A DNA stretch of 40,644 nucleotides from Octopus sinensis. Its lineage: Eukaryota. Each line of letters starts with the position of its first letter. Within the stretch, counting starts at the first letter, position 1. The notes under the pieces were generated by a model. The model was not told the origin of the DNA and made no database searches. It was given only the letters and a program-made list of their open reading frames with translations. The DNA is taken from NCBI RefSeq assembly GCF_006345805.1, contig NW_021832313.1, positions 1 through 40,644 on the forward strand, given 5' to 3'. A program made the translations under genes and the position numbers. Shown one piece after another: positions 1-11,779 of the stretch.

Positions 1-173
1 ATCCAATCCATCACTGGAACTGTAAACAATCTGTAAAACTTTCTAGAAATCTATCATTTAAATATATGAGCATGTCTAGATATGCAACTATATGCTGAGA
101 ATACATACATAAAACATCAAATCTGACATGCATACATACATACATCCATACATACATACATTATATATATATG

Positions 174-205
<32 letters not shown>

Positions 206-368
206 CACACCCACGTGTGTGTTTGTGCGTGTTTTCTCGAGTATGTGAGTGTGTTTGTGCTTGTTTGTGCGTGTGTGCCTATGCAATAGTGACAACACAG
301 ACATCAAGGTGAAAGGAAAGTTTTATTATTCGTTTGATGCTCAATGTGAGATTAAAACAGTTGATGTG

Positions 369-408
369 CATTTAGACGTTTCGAAGTTATGTTCTTTATC
401 AGAATGTT
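369..408 (-). ncRNA. Degenerate minimal hammerhead-like motif (Penelope-type end)
   Basis: Minus strand reads CTGATAA-A-GAA-CATAAC-TTC-GAAAC-GTC. The core differs from CTGATGA at one position and stem I is weak. Confidence 0.3.
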
Positions 409-771
409 AGCCAGCTGGACAAGTGTATCGAATGGGGAAAACATTTGAGTAATAGAGAAATGTGTTTAAGTTTGTGCCATATTAGTTCAAAACGAGCAAA
501 GGGGAAATATGTCAAATAGGCCAACATCAAGAATTTCCCTAAACAAATTTAGTAGCGGCTTTTGAAGGTGTATAAAATTGCAGGAAATTAAAGATTCTTG
601 ATATATTGTTTATATACGAAGTGTAAAACTTTATCTTTGTAAACAATGGGAAAACGATGGACGTGTTTTGATTTTACTGCGTTTCAAAAGCAGAGGGCAA
701 TCTATTGAGAACCAAACCTGCTTTGACCATTTTCCAGCAATATTTTGAATCAGTAAAAGTGTTAATAAATA

Positions 772-926
772 GCAAGGCTCTGTGGTTATGAAGCTCGTTT
801 CACAACCACGCAGTTTCGGGTTCAGTCCCGCTGCACAGGTCTTTTATGAAAGTGTCTTTTACTAGATCCACGGGGTTTCAGTGATTTGCGAATGAATTTG
901 GTTGGCGGAATCTGCCAGAAACCCAT
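772..926 (+). mobile_element. tRNA-derived SINE family A, 5' portion, degenerate
   Basis: Aligns by eye to the head of the full copy at 15449 (TGTGGT..AAG..GGTTCAGTCCC..AAGTGTCTT..GAATTTGGTTG.CGGAA). Confidence 0.7.
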
Positions 927-960
927 AATATATTTATCTGTTTGTGTGAGAGCGTGTGTA

Positions 961-1057
961 TAAATAGATAGATAGATAGATAGATAGAAAGATAGATAAG
1001 ATGATAGATAGATAGATAGATAGAAAGATAGATAGATAGATAGAAAGATAGACAGAC

Positions 1058-1088
<31 letters not shown>

Positions 1089-1089
1089 C

Positions 1090-1138
<49 letters not shown>

Positions 1139-1196
1139 TACACACACATAAACGCACGCTCACACACACACACACCACACACACACACACACACAT
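961..1196. repeat. (GATA)n followed by (CA)n microsatellite
   Basis: Direct reading. Explains the YLSI/CV ORFs at 822-1196. Confidence 0.97.
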
Positions 1197-1623
1197 TCAG
1201 CTAACTCAACACAAACATGTTAAGACCCCCGCGCTCCATATTATAACTGAACCAGTAACAGGAATAACAACAAGAAGAATAACAACACCGCAAACATAAC
1301 AATATCAGTCGAGAACAAAGTATTCGTGGGAAGAGAAAGGTGAGTGGTGGGGGTGGGGGAGATAGATGGGTGGGGGCGGAGTGACAATTGGAAAATTAAA
1401 TGTAAAAAACAGAACTTTTGTTGTTTTTATTTCGTGTGGTTTCTCGTCTACCTTGCAACTTCACCTCCTCCTCTCCTCCCTTCTACCTCTTCGCCACCTC
1501 ATCTCCTCCACCTCTTCCCCCCCCATCCGATCATGTCCTGCCACTTCATATAGTTTTACACCTATTAGGTATTAATGAAGGTAAACAACTAACGATGCTT
1601 TGATTTATGACTTTGTATCTCAC

Positions 1624-1945
1624 CTTTGGTCATTGGAGGAGGAGAGAAACCAGGGCGGAGCGGCCCAGGGTGAGGGGGGCCTTCAAACAAGGCTATCGGG
1701 TTTCTTGGCGGAGGAGTTAGCGTGAAGTGAGCCAATTCAAGACGACATAAGACAATTGGGGAATTCCTCTTTGGTCCACCACTGGCTAGGCCGGGGTCAT
1801 CGTTGTAGACTTGACCCCTACATCCAGTCACGGGTCATTAGCTTGGCGCCATCGTGCTGTGACTTATATTTATCGTGCCGTCTAAATTAAGATAAATCAC
1901 TCGAAAATTAGCGTGGGAGAATGCACGCGCGACTCGCCATCTTTT
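1624..1945 (-). promoter_or_regulatory. Candidate CpG-rich first exon / 5' leader of a minus-strand gene
   Basis: GC/CpG-rich non-repeat island. YY1-like AAGATGGCG near 1940. Strong donor AAG|GTGAGA at 1624/1623, with an ATG ten nt before it. Confidence 0.4.
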
Positions 1946-2094
1946 TTTACCTTTTCCTTTTTTCGGGACCCAATTTTCTTAGATTTTTCTCCAAGGAAAA
2001 GATCCAGGGTTTGCAACCAAGAAACAAGGCTGGATCGTTGGATTTTCGACACTGACTGCGTGGAATATCTGCATATATATAAATATACGCATTT

Positions 2095-2370
2095 GTGTGT
2101 GAGTGTGCTTGTGTGTGTGTGTGTGTGTTAGTGTGTGTATGAATGTATTTGTATACACACATGCACACACACACAACACGCGCACACACACACACGCATG
2201 CACATACACACGCATTTTTATACACACGCATCTTAATACACACACACGCATACACACATGCACACACACATACACACACACACAGGCACGTGCATACGCA
2301 CATACACGCACACACAAGCATGCATACACGCACGCATCTTTATACACACACACACACACATACACGTACC
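2095..2370. repeat. Imperfect (TG)n/(CA)n microsatellite
   Basis: Direct reading. Confidence 0.95.
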
Positions 2371-2498
2371 CCCACCAAACGTCTGAATCTTCACACGTGT
2401 GTACATGCGCATGCTTCAGGCTAAACCTGTGCAATGTTTTCACATAGTTTTAATTCCATAAATTGTTTGAAATTAAAAAAAAATTTTTATTTATGATC

Positions 2499-2640
2499 AG
2501 TCTACCAAGGTGGTAAGCTGACGATTGTTTGCACCCCGGGTGAAATACTTAGCAGCATTTCGTCTGCTTTCACGTTCTGAGTTCAATTTCTGCTGAGGTC
2601 GATTTTACATTTCGTCCTTTCGGGGTCAATAAAGCAAGTG
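2499..2640 (+). mobile_element. tRNA-derived SINE family B, degenerate
   Basis: Similar to 2948-3166 (TTTCGTCTGC..CGTTCTGAGTTCAA..GAGGTCGA..CCTTTCGGGGTC). Confidence 0.65.
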
Positions 2641-2947
2641 GGATCCGGACGAAACCTCCTCGGTTGTATTTTTGGCGGAGGTGCACAATAAGCGCCTCAC
2701 CCCACTATTTTATAATTGTTTTACAAATTCCGATGCTTTTGTTAACGGAGATTCCGATTCTGACAAAAATATTCGGCATTTCAATATTTTTATTTCCCTT
2801 TCAATTTTTGTAAAAAATATTTTTGAATTCCACGTAGGAAAATATGGACATGATTCTGAAAAAGCCTTTTTTCTAAAATCTCAATTTCTTAAAAATCAAT
2901 TGACGCCCCTTCCCACCCACTCCCATCCACACCAATATTTCGGATGT

Positions 2948-3166
2948 CTAAAGCGGCGGCGAGCTGGCAGAAACGTTAGCACGCCGGGCGAAATGCTTAG
3001 CGGTATTTCGTCTGCCGCTACGTTCTGAGTTCAAATTCCGCCGAGGTCGACTTTGCCTTTCATCCTTTCGGGGTCGATAAATTAAGTACCAGTTGCCTAC
3101 TGGAGTCGATATAATCGACTGGTCCCCTTCCCCCAAATTTCGGGTCTTGTGCCTAGAGTAGAAAAG
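2948..3166 (+). mobile_element. tRNA-derived SINE family B, full length with 14-bp TSD
   Basis: A-box-like TGGCAGAAACGTTAG and B-box GAGTTCAAATTCC. Flanks are AATATTTCGGATGT (2934-2947) and AATATTCCGGATGT (3167-3180). Confidence 0.9.
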
Positions 3167-3504
3167 AATATTCCGGATGTTGTTAAACTCGTTCGCTCAT
3201 TTGCGCATGCGTAGATGATTTTGAACCAGTACATGCAGTGAGGCCTAGAAGATCTCTCCACATGCTAGAAATAACAGCCAAATCTTTTGAATTTTATTTT
3301 AATCATACGTAAACAAAAACGGAAATTGAGGTTGCGAAAAACTTTATTTTCCAAAATTCCAACTTTTTGACAAACAAAAATATATTCAATCGAAAATAAA
3401 TAAGTAGAATCAATAAGAGAACACGAGAGATTTTACTACTAAATGTACATATTTCTGAATTCTAACATAAAAGGGAAGACATTAACTTCAAATGTGTTTT
3501 ACAA

Positions 3505-3736
3505 TCATCATCATCATCATCATCAACACCATGACCACCAGCATCGTCACCACCGCCACCACCATCATCATCACTATCATAATCACCATCACCACCGCCA
3601 AAACAGTGACCAGCAATGAAAACCACCATGACCACCACTACCAACAGCAACAAACTCAACCTTATTCATCGTCCTCCTCCTCCTCTCCTCCTCCTCCTCA
3701 TCATCATCATCATTATCATCATTATCATCATCATCA
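3505..3736. repeat. (CAT/CAC/CCT)n trinucleotide complex
   Basis: Direct reading. Confidence 0.95.
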
Positions 3737-4149
3737 AAATTGAAATTTAGAAAAACAAAAAAAGAAAAATGCCGATTTTTTTCCTCAAAATCGGGATCTC
3801 CGTTGTCGAAAACGTCGAAATATATGAAAAAAAAATAAAAGAAAAAAATGGGGTAGGATGCTTATTTTCCGTCAAAAATATAAGGGGTTTTATCCTAGTG
3901 GTTTTTTTTTATCCTAGTGGAGTTTTGTGCTACACACAAAATAAGTATCAGTTGAACACTAGGATCAATGTAATCAAGTCACGCCCGGAATTGCTGGCCT
4001 TGTGCCAAAACTTGAAATCGTATTTGCGTTCTTTCTGCCTTGTGGAGACCAATTACTCAATAGTAATATTGAAATAATGCATTACTCGGCTAAATCCCCC
4101 ACTTAATTACTGGTACAAGTGGAGGCAGATTTCTCGATAGTTCACCATA

Positions 4150-4207
4150 AGTGTGTGTGTGTGTGTGTATATATTTGTCTATCTATAATTTATCTATCTA
4201 TCAATCA

Positions 4208-4261
<54 letters not shown>

Positions 4262-4273
4262 CATCTATCTGTC

Positions 4274-4347
<74 letters not shown>

Positions 4348-4368
4348 ATCTATCTATCATCTATCTAT
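4150..4368. repeat. (TG)(CT)(TA)(CTAT)n compound microsatellite
   Basis: Direct reading. Confidence 0.95.
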
Positions 4369-4424
4369 TATAAGTAGCAAATTTTATTTTGCTACTTATA
4401 GGAGCAACTGTCTTTAAAGACTCA

Positions 4425-4671
4425 TATTGTCGTTCAGTACTCGAAATGAAGAGTAGGTAGACAGCCGACAACTGATGAAGGGTCGTTCTTTATGTTACTT
4501 GTCCTGTTTCCCATTTGTTTCTCTCGTTGTTTGCGTATCGAACTCATTTGTTCCCGTATTTCATGTTGTTTGCTGTTGGCGGCGTCCTGTACCCATGTAT
4601 GCATGTATATATATGTTTCGTTTTTGAATTATAAGGCACGAAAAGAGTGTGACTCTCCCCAGACACAACAG
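4425..4671 (+). mobile_element. Repeat-end fragment with scrambled hammerhead pieces, ending in the same 43-bp terminus as the 18252-18520 fold-back
   Basis: CTCGAAA at 4440-4446 and CTGATGA at 4472-4478. 4629-4671 matches 18478-18520 at 39 of 43 positions and is followed by (TA)n. Confidence 0.45.
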
Positions 4672-5566
4672 TATATATATATATATATAACAAATTGCGT
4701 GAGTGGAACGGGTAAAATGCACGCTACATATATTTCTTAGCTAGCTGAGTATATCTGATGTAGTATTTATGCAATGAAGGGTGCTCAACTAACTTATAGG
4801 CTAAGTTGAGCTCTCCTTTTAAATTTACGGCATTATCATTATATTTTTACATAGATTATTGTGAAATAATTTTATAAAATATTTTTTCATATGTTTTAAA
4901 TTGTTCTATACTGCTTAAAGTATTTTTTGTGATTTAATCAGTGTTTATCATGCTCAACCTACAGCATATATATTTCCTATAGTATCTACGCATCCAGCAT
5001 TAATCGCAACCATCAATTAATTCGGACAAGGGACTAAAACGAACATCCTTATTATAATGGTTTAGCAACGGGTTTCAGTCACTTCTCAACAACAATAATG
5101 TTTCTTTATTCAATGAAACAATGTCGAAAACTGTTTTTTATTATTATTACTTTTTTTTTGATAACCATGGATGTTTCTTCCCTATATCCTAATAGTGATC
5201 ACGATGGATGCTTAGAAGGAATGAACAACACGGGAATTTCATCATATCTAGACAAAGCTATTTGATTAAATATTCTTTCTCGTTTTCTTCTCTTAGTCTT
5301 TTTTCTTTCTTTTACTTTCTTTTTCTTTTTGCTTGTTGAAAAATTGAAAATTGAAGACTAATTCTGTCATTGCATCGAAGTGGGAACGCAAGATCTCCTC
5401 GTCCAAACTTTTGAATCTGAATTTCTATGTATCACTTCATTTTGAACTCGACAAAGACAGGTTTGCGGTCGAAGTATCGTTCAACCAATAAAATATCTAT
5501 TGCAATCGTGTCGTGCACTTCGTATTGTCTATTTACCTTCGTGAAGAGTTACGTCAGTCCTTTTAA

Positions 5567-5618
<52 letters not shown>

Positions 5619-5632
5619 TATTAATAATAATA

Positions 5633-5802
5633 TGCAAGGTCATGTGCTGTTTATCTTGATATGAGATCACCATGTCGCGCACATATGGTTGTGATGCATG
5701 TGCCTGGTGTACCCTTATCAGACAGGCAGTCATGATGGGTATACTGGGCTTCGTATATTTTACCCCAGTGTCACCTTGATGGAATGCTCTGCTCGCTCAC
5801 TC
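5633..5802 (+). mobile_element. Short non-coding insert embedded in a (TAA)n array; probable 3' end of a TAA-targeting retroelement
   Basis: Unique 170 bp between (TAA)n at 5568-5631 and 5803-5866. Same architecture as the Dong fragments at 28.8-39.2 kb. Confidence 0.5.
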
Positions 5803-5812
5803 AATAATAATA

Positions 5813-5855
<43 letters not shown>

Positions 5856-6010
5856 GATAATAATAATATTTTCTATTACAGAAGGACCTAAAGAATGATC
5901 CTTCTCTTCAGAGCCAGAAAATGCTTCAGCCCTCACCAATTATTGGCATTATACAAAGCGGTCGAAAGGGAACATTGCTCTATTCCACGTTTGGAACAAT
6001 GTTGATGTGG

Positions 6011-6166
6011 TACACACACACACACACACACAAACACGCGCACACACACATACACCACACACACGCACACACATACATACTCACACACAGACCTACTCAC
6101 GCGCGCACACACACACACACGCACACGTACATACTCACACACACATAACACAAACACACACACGCA
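6011..6166. repeat. Imperfect (CA)n
   Basis: Direct reading. Confidence 0.95.
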
Positions 6167-7270
6167 CAAACATCTTACGCAACACCCAGGCGAGGGCCAC
6201 TCAACAGATTAGCATAAAATCACTTCCAGACATTTTTCAAATGGCGAATCCTTCAAATGGTGTCTCAGTGAACTTCTGTTGGATGCCGCTCCAAAAACTG
6301 ACTACCACCATCTGCTTGTGCAATAGCAATGACAACATCCGCTGCAGACATCTTGAGTCCTGCCAAGTGTTTCGTCAAAGGGAACCGTTGCCATTTGCAT
6401 CGAAAGTTATGACGTTTCAGAAAAAAAACCTGATCAGGAGATTCTACGAGAAATAAAAGTGAATAAATTAGAAATCAGAGCTAAACGATCGTTTAAGTGC
6501 CCTTCAAGGGTCAGTTCGGGGTCAGCTACTCATTCTGTTCCATATTTTTGTTTTTTAAACTTTCCTGTTGCCGTCATGCGGAACCTATTTGCTGATTATT
6601 CCTCTTTAGTTAGACTCATCAACTCTGCCAGTCCAGCAGGACATGAAATAATTTATGGGTTTTATAAATAAAAAAGACAGTATTACATTACAACAGACGG
6701 CAAGGAACAAATTACGATGATCAACGAACAGGTCATAAAAATCTACTATGTCATATATAAATATAAATATATATAAATATATAATTATGAATACACACAC
6801 ACACACACACACATAAATTTCTTATATTCCCATGCATGTAAATACATATATTTGGTCGGACATTTATCTTTGCAACGCCCCCTGTCCGAAATAATCTATC
6901 TATTTATGAAATACAGCCATGAATAGATAAATATTTTAAACAGTTTGTAAAGACCCAGAAGTCATAGCCAAGAATATGAAACAAATACAGAAAACAAATG
7001 AATAAATAAATAAATAGTGGTGTCAGAATCGTGACAATGCTGCCACCTGGGGTTCTAACAAGTCATATTTCTGAGCTGGTTATTGTTGAGAACAGTCACC
7101 ATTACATGGAGTCGTGGCGTGTTTGGTGGGCAACGTGAGGCTTTTGTGTATGACAGACATAAACCTAACACACTTCACTGAGAACGTGTTGGCCGTTTCG
7201 CTTCAAACAGTTTACTTAAAGCTGAAATATACGATTTCATTTTATGGCTGCCATTTTTTCACATCAGCCA

Positions 7271-7301
<31 letters not shown>

Positions 7302-7697
7302 AATATTTGATTTTGTAGTTTAATACATTTTGCGCTCCAACTGAGGCGCACCCGACCGAGTCCACCTTACTCGCCTTCACGCTAGCCACCACAGAAGCCT
7401 GTACACGCCCGTTTGTTCTGGTAGGAATAACAACCCAATTCCCTCAAATATATTCTAATGTCATAGAAAGAAAGATATCGAACAAATGGTCTTTAACATA
7501 CAAAATAATGGAAGGTACACGGATGGAACGCCTTTGATCTATGGAATTCACAATGCGTTAGACAATAACAAAAACAACATCGAGGGAGTTTTTACGTAGC
7601 TCTGCTAGAAATTGTAGCTAAATCTGCCTCAAATCACACACCGTACCATCTTGAAGGTCACGTTGGAAAAGGATATTCTAAATATACTATGACAGGA

Positions 7698-8123
7698 TAA
7701 GGCAGCGAGCTGGCAGAATCGTTAGCACGCCGGGCGAAATGCGTAGCCGTTTTCGTCTGCCGTTACGTTCTGAGTTCAAATTCTGCCGAAGTTGACTTTA
7801 CCTTTCATCCTTTCGGGGTCGATAAATTAAGTACCAGTTACGCACCGGGGTTGATGTAATCGACTTAATCCGTTTGTCTGTCCTTGTTTGTCCTTGTTTG
7901 TCCCCTCTGTGTGTAGCCCCTTGTGGGTAGTAAAGAAATAGGTATTTCGTCTGCCGCTACATTCTGAGTTCAAATTCCGCCGAGGTCGACTTTGCCTTTC
8001 ATTCTTTCGGGGTCGATAAATTAAGTACCAGTTACGCACTGGGATCGATGTAATTGACTTAATCCCTTTGTCTGTCCTTGTTTGTCCCCTCTATGTTTAG
8101 CCCCTTGTGGGCAATCAAGAAAT
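7698..8123 (+). mobile_element. Dimeric SINE family B (full monomer plus 5'-truncated monomer) with a single 16-bp TSD
   Basis: Monomer 1 spans 7698-7940 and monomer 2 spans 7941-8123. Flanks are ATATACTATGACAGGA (7682-7697) and ATATACTAAGACAGGA (8124-8139). Confidence 0.9.
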
Positions 8124-9819
8124 ATATACTAAGACAGGAATGGTAACGGCTGGAATATGTATCTGTGTACAATGACATTCTTTGTTTCACCTTTCCCCAG
8201 CATCTTTCAGTGTCGACTGTAACCATAGGAGGAGTTGAACACGGAACTGTAAGGTAATGTGGCTCTTCTCTATAGACGTGTGTAGTAGATAACGTAGCAC
8301 TTGTGCATAGTACCTATTGACAGCTATGTGGACTGAGCAACAAATAATATAATGTATTTGACAATGAAAAGACAACAGATAGCCAATGGCTCGGAGAATA
8401 GATTTCGCTGTTTAGAATTGATGAACAGAGGCTCTCTTTCATCTCTTCTTACCATTATTCAGGTGATTTGACCACAAATATCCTTTTTTTTTCTTTTATT
8501 TGCAACATTCCGGATTACACTCTTGCCGAATTATATTCAAATGTACACAAGACGATAATGCAAGCAAAGCATTTCACTTCACGGTGTACCAGTCCACTCC
8601 ACTCCACCAGGAGTTAAACCTACGAAGGACTGTCGAATTCTCCAGGGGTAAGTCTTATACTTTCTCTCTTACATTTCATGGAAATCAGACTTTAAAGGTT
8701 TTTTTTTCTTTTTTGAAACCTATATTGAAAAGCTAGAAACCATCTTTTGCATATTAGAGGCCGATATGCTTAAAATTGATTGACTGTTTCACATCCAACA
8801 TCAAACATAATCCGTAGCTGGAAACAAACCGAACATCCAGTAGCAAACTTTTGAGAAGATTTTTTTCAACTATTACCTCAACTCTCTGTCACTGACAAAG
8901 TACGAACCCTCATCTGTTGGACTGTAGTCCATTATTCTTCATACTGTGTGTCATCTGTAGCTATCTTATTACAAAAAATATAATTTTATTATTGAAAGGC
9001 CTCGTGTGAAATATTCTGAGGTGGGCGGTGTAGGGAAAAGTTGAACAACTGTAGTTCTGTGTCTCCATCTCTCTGAACTTTCCACCTTACTCGCTACTCT
9101 CTTCACTTATTGTCTAGGATCGTTAAAAAGGCGCCGAAAAGAACAAGTCTGTCATGATTTGTTTCATACTGGTCTTCTACTTACTATTTAATATCTTTCT
9201 CTATAGTTTCTCATTCACAAACGAATCCTTACACAGATGGGGAAAAAAACAAACTAAAATGAAATAAAATGAATATGGACACTGTGAAGGGCAAATTTAT
9301 CACTTGACTTCATTTTATTACAGAGTTGGTGACAAACAATTTAGTAAGAAATAATCCTGCAACTTCATTTTTTTTTCTCTGCCTCTAATATTAATTAACT
9401 TCAAAGTCACTCGCCATTCGCTTTAGTCAGCACCATTAATAAAGAAGAAAACAATACAACAAACAACAAACAACAATAACAGCAATACTAAAAATTTTCA
9501 TTTTGATTTCTGGGACGTGAAAAACGATAGAAATTTTTCAATCATCACCTTTTGTAACAAGATGGCGAACACTTGTAAATCGTGCGTTTTGTTTTTTAAT
9601 ATTTTTTGTTGGTTGTTATTGTTTATAAAGTCTTGTCTCTCTTCTGTTTATTAATTTAGACAAAAAGAAATGAAGAAAAAAATTTAATTGAATTTTGTTG
9701 CTGAAGAATAAAAAATACAAACCATTATTATTTTGTGAGGTGTGCTCGTGTTTCATCAATCAAAATCGAATTTAATTTTAATTTTTGTTTTTTGTTTTTT
9801 CCTGTGATTTTGCTATATT

Positions 9820-9862
9820 ATTATTGTTGTTGTTGTTGTTGTTGCTGTTGTTGTTGTTGTTG

Positions 9863-9901
<39 letters not shown>
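9820..9901. repeat. (TTG)n/(TTA)n microsatellite
   Basis: Direct reading. Confidence 0.95.
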
Positions 9902-9902
<1 letters not shown>

Positions 9903-10159
9903 GGAAAATGAATTTCTTTTAGAAATTTCCACCATTCCACTCCAAATTCTCAACAGAAAAAAAGTGGTAGCAGGTGCGTGAGGGTGATATGATTATTATA
10001 AATTCTTTGAGTGAGGTAGAAGACCTTTCGTGTAAAGGGGGCGGAAATTGTCGATATGGTGGATACCAAGTTATTACTGGTATTTATTTATCTAAATTTG
10101 AGCGCTGAATAGAAATGTTTGTCCTGGAAAATTTTTAACTAAGAAATATTGGAAATAAG

Positions 10160-10345
10160 AAGATATTCTGTGTTCGGAGTTCAAATCCCTCTGGAGTCAA
10201 CGTTGCCTTTTCTGTTTTTCAAGGTCGATAAATAAAATACCATTCCACGGTAGTGGGTTGACGGAACTGTAAGAACACCGGAAGAGATGCCTTGTGGTAT
10301 GTATTCCAGTTCTTTGCGATCTGAGTTCAAATTCCGTCATGACCT
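10160..10345 (+). mobile_element. Degenerate SINE family B fragments
   Basis: Two GAGTTCAAAT B-box segments and GGTCGATAAATAAAATACC core. Confidence 0.5.
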
Positions 10346-10672
10346 TCATACGTCGTAGACTCCATCCATAGCATGGTTTAACATCATCCCCTCCCACCTC
10401 TGGTTTCTTGCCTGCCCTTAGCGGAGTCCACTCTGCAACAAGCATTCGAACCAAGTCTCCAGTTTAAGCATCCTTCCTTTCCTCTCTCCCACTTTCACCA
10501 CTCCCAGAGACCCTGTAAAGGGCACTGCTTTCCTTTTCACTAAAAGAAAAAAGAAGCTGAATGAGGGAGCCTCTATGTAGTAAATCGATCTGCTAGAAAT
10601 ATAGCTTCATTTCCAATTAATTATCACCAACTATATCAAGAAACTGAAGAACACATTAAACTATGTAGTTTA

Positions 10673-11031
<359 letters not shown>

Positions 11032-11779
11032 TCCACAGCTGCAGTAAGTCTTATCCTCAGGGGCTATGAACCGTCTTGAAAATAAAGAACCTGGTGAAAT
11101 AATGTTCGTTAACATTCAGACTTTCTATTAATTATCGTGTTATACTCATTAGGTAATAAAAAATGTCTATGGTTTTTCACAATTTAAAAATGAGAGGCGT
11201 CAGCCGTCGCATCGAAACAAGCCATCATTATAAATTACCACAAGCAACTTCCTGTCCTTTGGTCAGATCAAACTCTCTAGGATTTCTGCATTGCAATTGT
11301 TGGAAGCAAGGAGTTCCGTGTTTTATTATAAAAACGGAAAACAGAGAAAAAATCTAGAAAAAGTCTAGAGTATCTGAGCTAATTAATTGATGTATTACAT
11401 CATTAACAACTTAATTGCTATCCCCATAATGTAGTAATTTTAAATCACATTAATAATGTTTATAACTATACAAACACACACTTACACACAAGCACGCACA
11501 CATACACACACACACTCACCTATACATTTATACAGGCTCACGCACACTCACACACATTATCTTTATAAAGTCCTTGTGTAATTTAAAATTTAAAATTTTT
11601 AAATTTTACTGGTTTCCTTCACGAAATATGATGGAATTAATCTGCAAAGAAAATTTCAAAGTTTGATTCATAGGTTTTATCGTCATTACTAAAAAAAAAT
11701 TAATTTAATTATTGATATTTTAAGAACTGAATAATTCCTTCAAGCTTATTTTATAAAGGACCGTTAAAGATTGCTTTTA

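Larger units (their letters stand above)
2667..3880. mobile_element. Old TIR-bounded DNA-transposon/MITE relic with nested SINE and microsatellite
   Basis: 2667-2790 matches the reverse complement of 3765-3880 in colinear blocks: TATTTTTG(G/A)CGGA, ATAAGC..C..ACCCCA, AACGGAGAT(T/C)CCGATT(C/T)TGA, TCGGCATTT. Confidence 0.5.

Noticed and set aside
2948-3030. tRNA-like A/B boxes as tRNA genes (also 7698, 15449, 16600, 22250)
   Set aside because: No complete cloverleaf, and each continues into a SINE body, several with TSDs.
6200-6450. Possible minus-strand exon (SPDQVFFLKRHNFRCKWQRFPLTKHLAGLKMSAADVVIAIAQ)
   Set aside because: There is an acceptor-like site but no convincing donor, and no recognisable protein family.
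9558-9567. YY1-like CAAGATGGCG as a promoter
   Set aside because: Isolated motif in AT-rich sequence with no CpG island or supported exon.
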